Assembly (NCBI GenBank): GCA_025558095.1
Contig: JAIVFI010000006.1
Location: 620,001-684,000 of the forward strand
DNA: 64,000 nt
Direction: 5' to 3'
DNA from: Hyaloraphidium curvatum SAG 235-1
Lineage: Eukaryota > Fungi > Monoblepharomycota
Within the stretch, counting starts at the first letter, position 1, and the number at the start of each line of letters is the position of its first letter. Below the pieces are notes generated by a model. The model was not told where the DNA came from and searched no databases. It saw nothing but the letters and a program-made list of their open reading frames with translations. The translations under genes and the position numbers were made by a program. This document shows, one piece after another, positions 61,789-64,000 of the stretch.

Positions 61789-63464
61789 ATGCCCGCGATG
61801 CGCGCCGCCCCGCTGCTCGCCGCCCTCCTCGCCACGCTGGCGCTGCTCGCCTCGCCGCCCGCCTGTGCGCAGTCGCCGCTCGACCACCGCTACTTCGACT
61901 TCTCGCCCAAGCCGCACTCACCCGACGTCGCCTACGAGGCCGGCGCAGTGGCACTCTGCGGCGGCCGCCAGTTCACCGCCACCGCGTGGACGCGCGGGCA
62001 GCCCTGCCCCGGCCCGCAGTGGCGCGAGGCGAACGCGGGGGACGCAGACGCCTACGCCGCATCGCAGTGGGCCGCCCTGGAGGAGGCCCGCAGGCCGGAC
62101 ATGACTTGGCGCACGCGGGTGGTCGAGACGCCCAGGGCGAGCAGGGTGACGGGGAGCATCGGTTACGGTCTACTGCCCGCCGCGGGGACGAGGGTGAATC
62201 CGAGGGGGAACTGGATGTGCTTCGAGTGGACGAACCCGGAGGGGTGAGCGAATCCTTCAACTGGGCTCCAACGGGCTCCGCTGAACCTCCTCTCCTCCAG
62301 CTACTCGTTCCCCATTCGGATCGTGGGAGCCTCCCCCGGCCAGCCCTCGGGAGGCAACCCCGCGTGCATGGCCAACGCCGACCGCACGGGTTGTCGTTGG
62401 GTCAGTCCCTGGATCGGCCCGCCGGGCATCCAGAAGTGGACCGCGCAGTTCGGGGACTGGACTCGCTGCCAGGAGCTAGTGGACGGGGCCGACGAGAACA
62501 CTCCTTACATTACGTGCGGGGAGGAGCACGCGCGGGTGTTTGGGTGGCCGGGCTACGACGAGAGTGGGTTGTCCGCCGCACCGACGGCTCGCAGAGAAAG
62601 CTGACGATCCCCATCCACCCCCTTACAGGCGACCCGGACAGCTGGTGCGCCGCCGCCGCCCTCGCCATGGACCTCCGCCCCGACGGCCTCCGCCACCACG
62701 TGTGGTCGGATCCTCTCCGCTGGACCTTCGAGGTGGCCGCCGGCCGCCCCCCCAACTTCCCCACCAAGGAGATGCGCCCCGCCCCCCGCCCCGAGGACGA
62801 GCTCATCATCGAGTGCGTCACCTGGGGCTGGGGGTGCGCGTCGTGCGACGAGCTGAGGTACCAGTGCAACGACGGCATCCAGCACTCGTGCGAGTACCTG
62901 CCGAGGATCCCGGCGGGGTGCACGGGCGACGGGGCGAGGGTGTGGGAGCTGGAGTGGTACCTGCGGCAGGTGGGGGGGGTCTACCCAAAGTCGAGATACA
63001 CGCAGACCAGCGGGAGGGGGAGGACGCAGGCGGCGGCGCCGACGACGACGACCGTGGCGCCTGTGGTGGCGACGACAACAGTGGCGCCGGCTGCGGGTAC
63101 GACCCCGACCAGCGCTGCCGCCCCGCGGACGACGGCAACGGCGGTCGCACCCAGCACGGGATCGCCGGCCGGCCGGACCACGGCAACAACTACCGCTGCC
63201 TCGCAGGCCGCCTTGGCTTCCTCCTCGGCCGGCAGCACCACCACCCCTCCCGCAATCTCCAGTACCATCACCCCTCCCCCATCCGCCAACGCCTCGACAC
63301 CGGCGGCCCTGACGACGCCCCTTCTTGCAGCATCGAGCATGGCAGCGCCGGCGAGCGGCACGACCGACCCGAGCACCTCCTCCGCCGCGCGGGCCGCGGC
63401 GTGGGGTTGGGCTGCCGCGTGCGTGTTCGCGGCGATCTGGGCTGCTGCTTCTGCGGCGGTGTGA
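61789..63464 (+). CDS. Secreted, probably GPI-anchored Cys/Trp-rich protein with CBM5/12-like N-terminal module and Thr/Ser/Ala stalk
   Basis: Signal peptide; 'AYEAGAVALCGGRQFTATAWTRGQPCPGPQW'; T/S/A-rich linker; hydrophobic C-terminus after '[10 protein letters not shown]'. Confidence 0.68.
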
Positions 63465-63588
63465 TCGGGGGCAAGGGTGGATCGGGAGCGGCGCAGGTCG
63501 CTGAGGTTCTTGATTATGCATGTATCGTGCGTTGCCTGCAGCAGAACATCCTCTTTGCCTCATCTCCTTTCTCGCTCTGGCTTCGAGT

Positions 63589-64000
63589 TCATGATCGAGT
63601 CATCGTAATCCATTCAGACGGTACACGATCGCCGCGGTTCTCCTCTCCAGTCGTGGGTTTTGGTGGCCTCCTCCGCGGGAAGCCTCTGCGTTTCGACCGC
63701 GTGGTCGGCACCTCCACCACCGTCTCGTCTCCCCGTCCGTCATTGACATCCGCTCGGGATCTGCCTGCATCCCTGTATGCACCGCTCCGCAAAGTTTCAA
63801 CGATCCTCCAAATGTCACTCCGTGCGCGCCAACCTGCGCCACATCTGTGCTTCGGGCGTGGTCAGGTCCAGCGGGCTGTAGCGGACAATGATCGTGCCGA
63901 CGACGCGGCGCAGCTCGTTCTCGACGCGCGGTAGGGCCTGTTCCTGGATCCTGTACTCGCAGCGGTCCAAAACGAGCTTGGCAGTTTGCGGAACCGCGGC
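63589..64000 (-). CDS. 3' end of an unidentified gene running off the window
   Basis: Open frame 'AKLVLDRCEYRIQEQALPRVENELRRVVGTIIVRYSPLDL' followed by a possible intron; end uncertain. Confidence 0.35.

Overview
Eukaryotic, GC-rich and very gene-dense nuclear DNA with many short (about 45-80 nt) spliceosomal introns, so the six-frame ORF track only gives exon fragments. The gene set (SepH/Cdc15 kinase, Rsm25, Tpa1, Pxa, Ppx1, plus Rac1 and dynactin p62) fits an early-diverging, chytrid-grade fungus; the species is not determinable here. I reconstruct about 37 genes by manual splicing, mostly housekeeping: NUP155/170, FMT1, CDC15-like, ALG11, SNX3, SLU7, SF3B5, RAC1, UTP21, NDOR1, TRM1, NUP133, RPL21, PIG-P, ACP1, RPS9, APS1, PXA, PPX1, TPA1, a glycine-rich RRM protein, RSM25, G6P 1-epimerase, MBD4-like, CDK9/BUR1 and DCTN4. 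I saw no rRNA, tRNA, CRISPR array or recognisable transposon. Best leads: (1) a hidden spliced 67-aa MOZART2-like gene ending only 26-44 nt before NDOR1, a candidate bicistron; (2) a candidate meiotic TopoVIB-like gene whose diagnostic segment appears only after splicing at GC donors, while the unspliced frame also stays open; (3) a 7-TM protein with a gustatory-receptor-like/DUF3537-type C-terminus; (4) an intron-containing prokaryote-type TrpB2; (5) a 481-nt motif-packed intron in the RRM gene; (6) extreme compaction, including overlapping stop codons, 58-80 bp divergent promoters and a 4-nt micro-exon. Feature coordinates are gene spans including introns, read by eye. Family assignments come from remembered motifs, not database searches.
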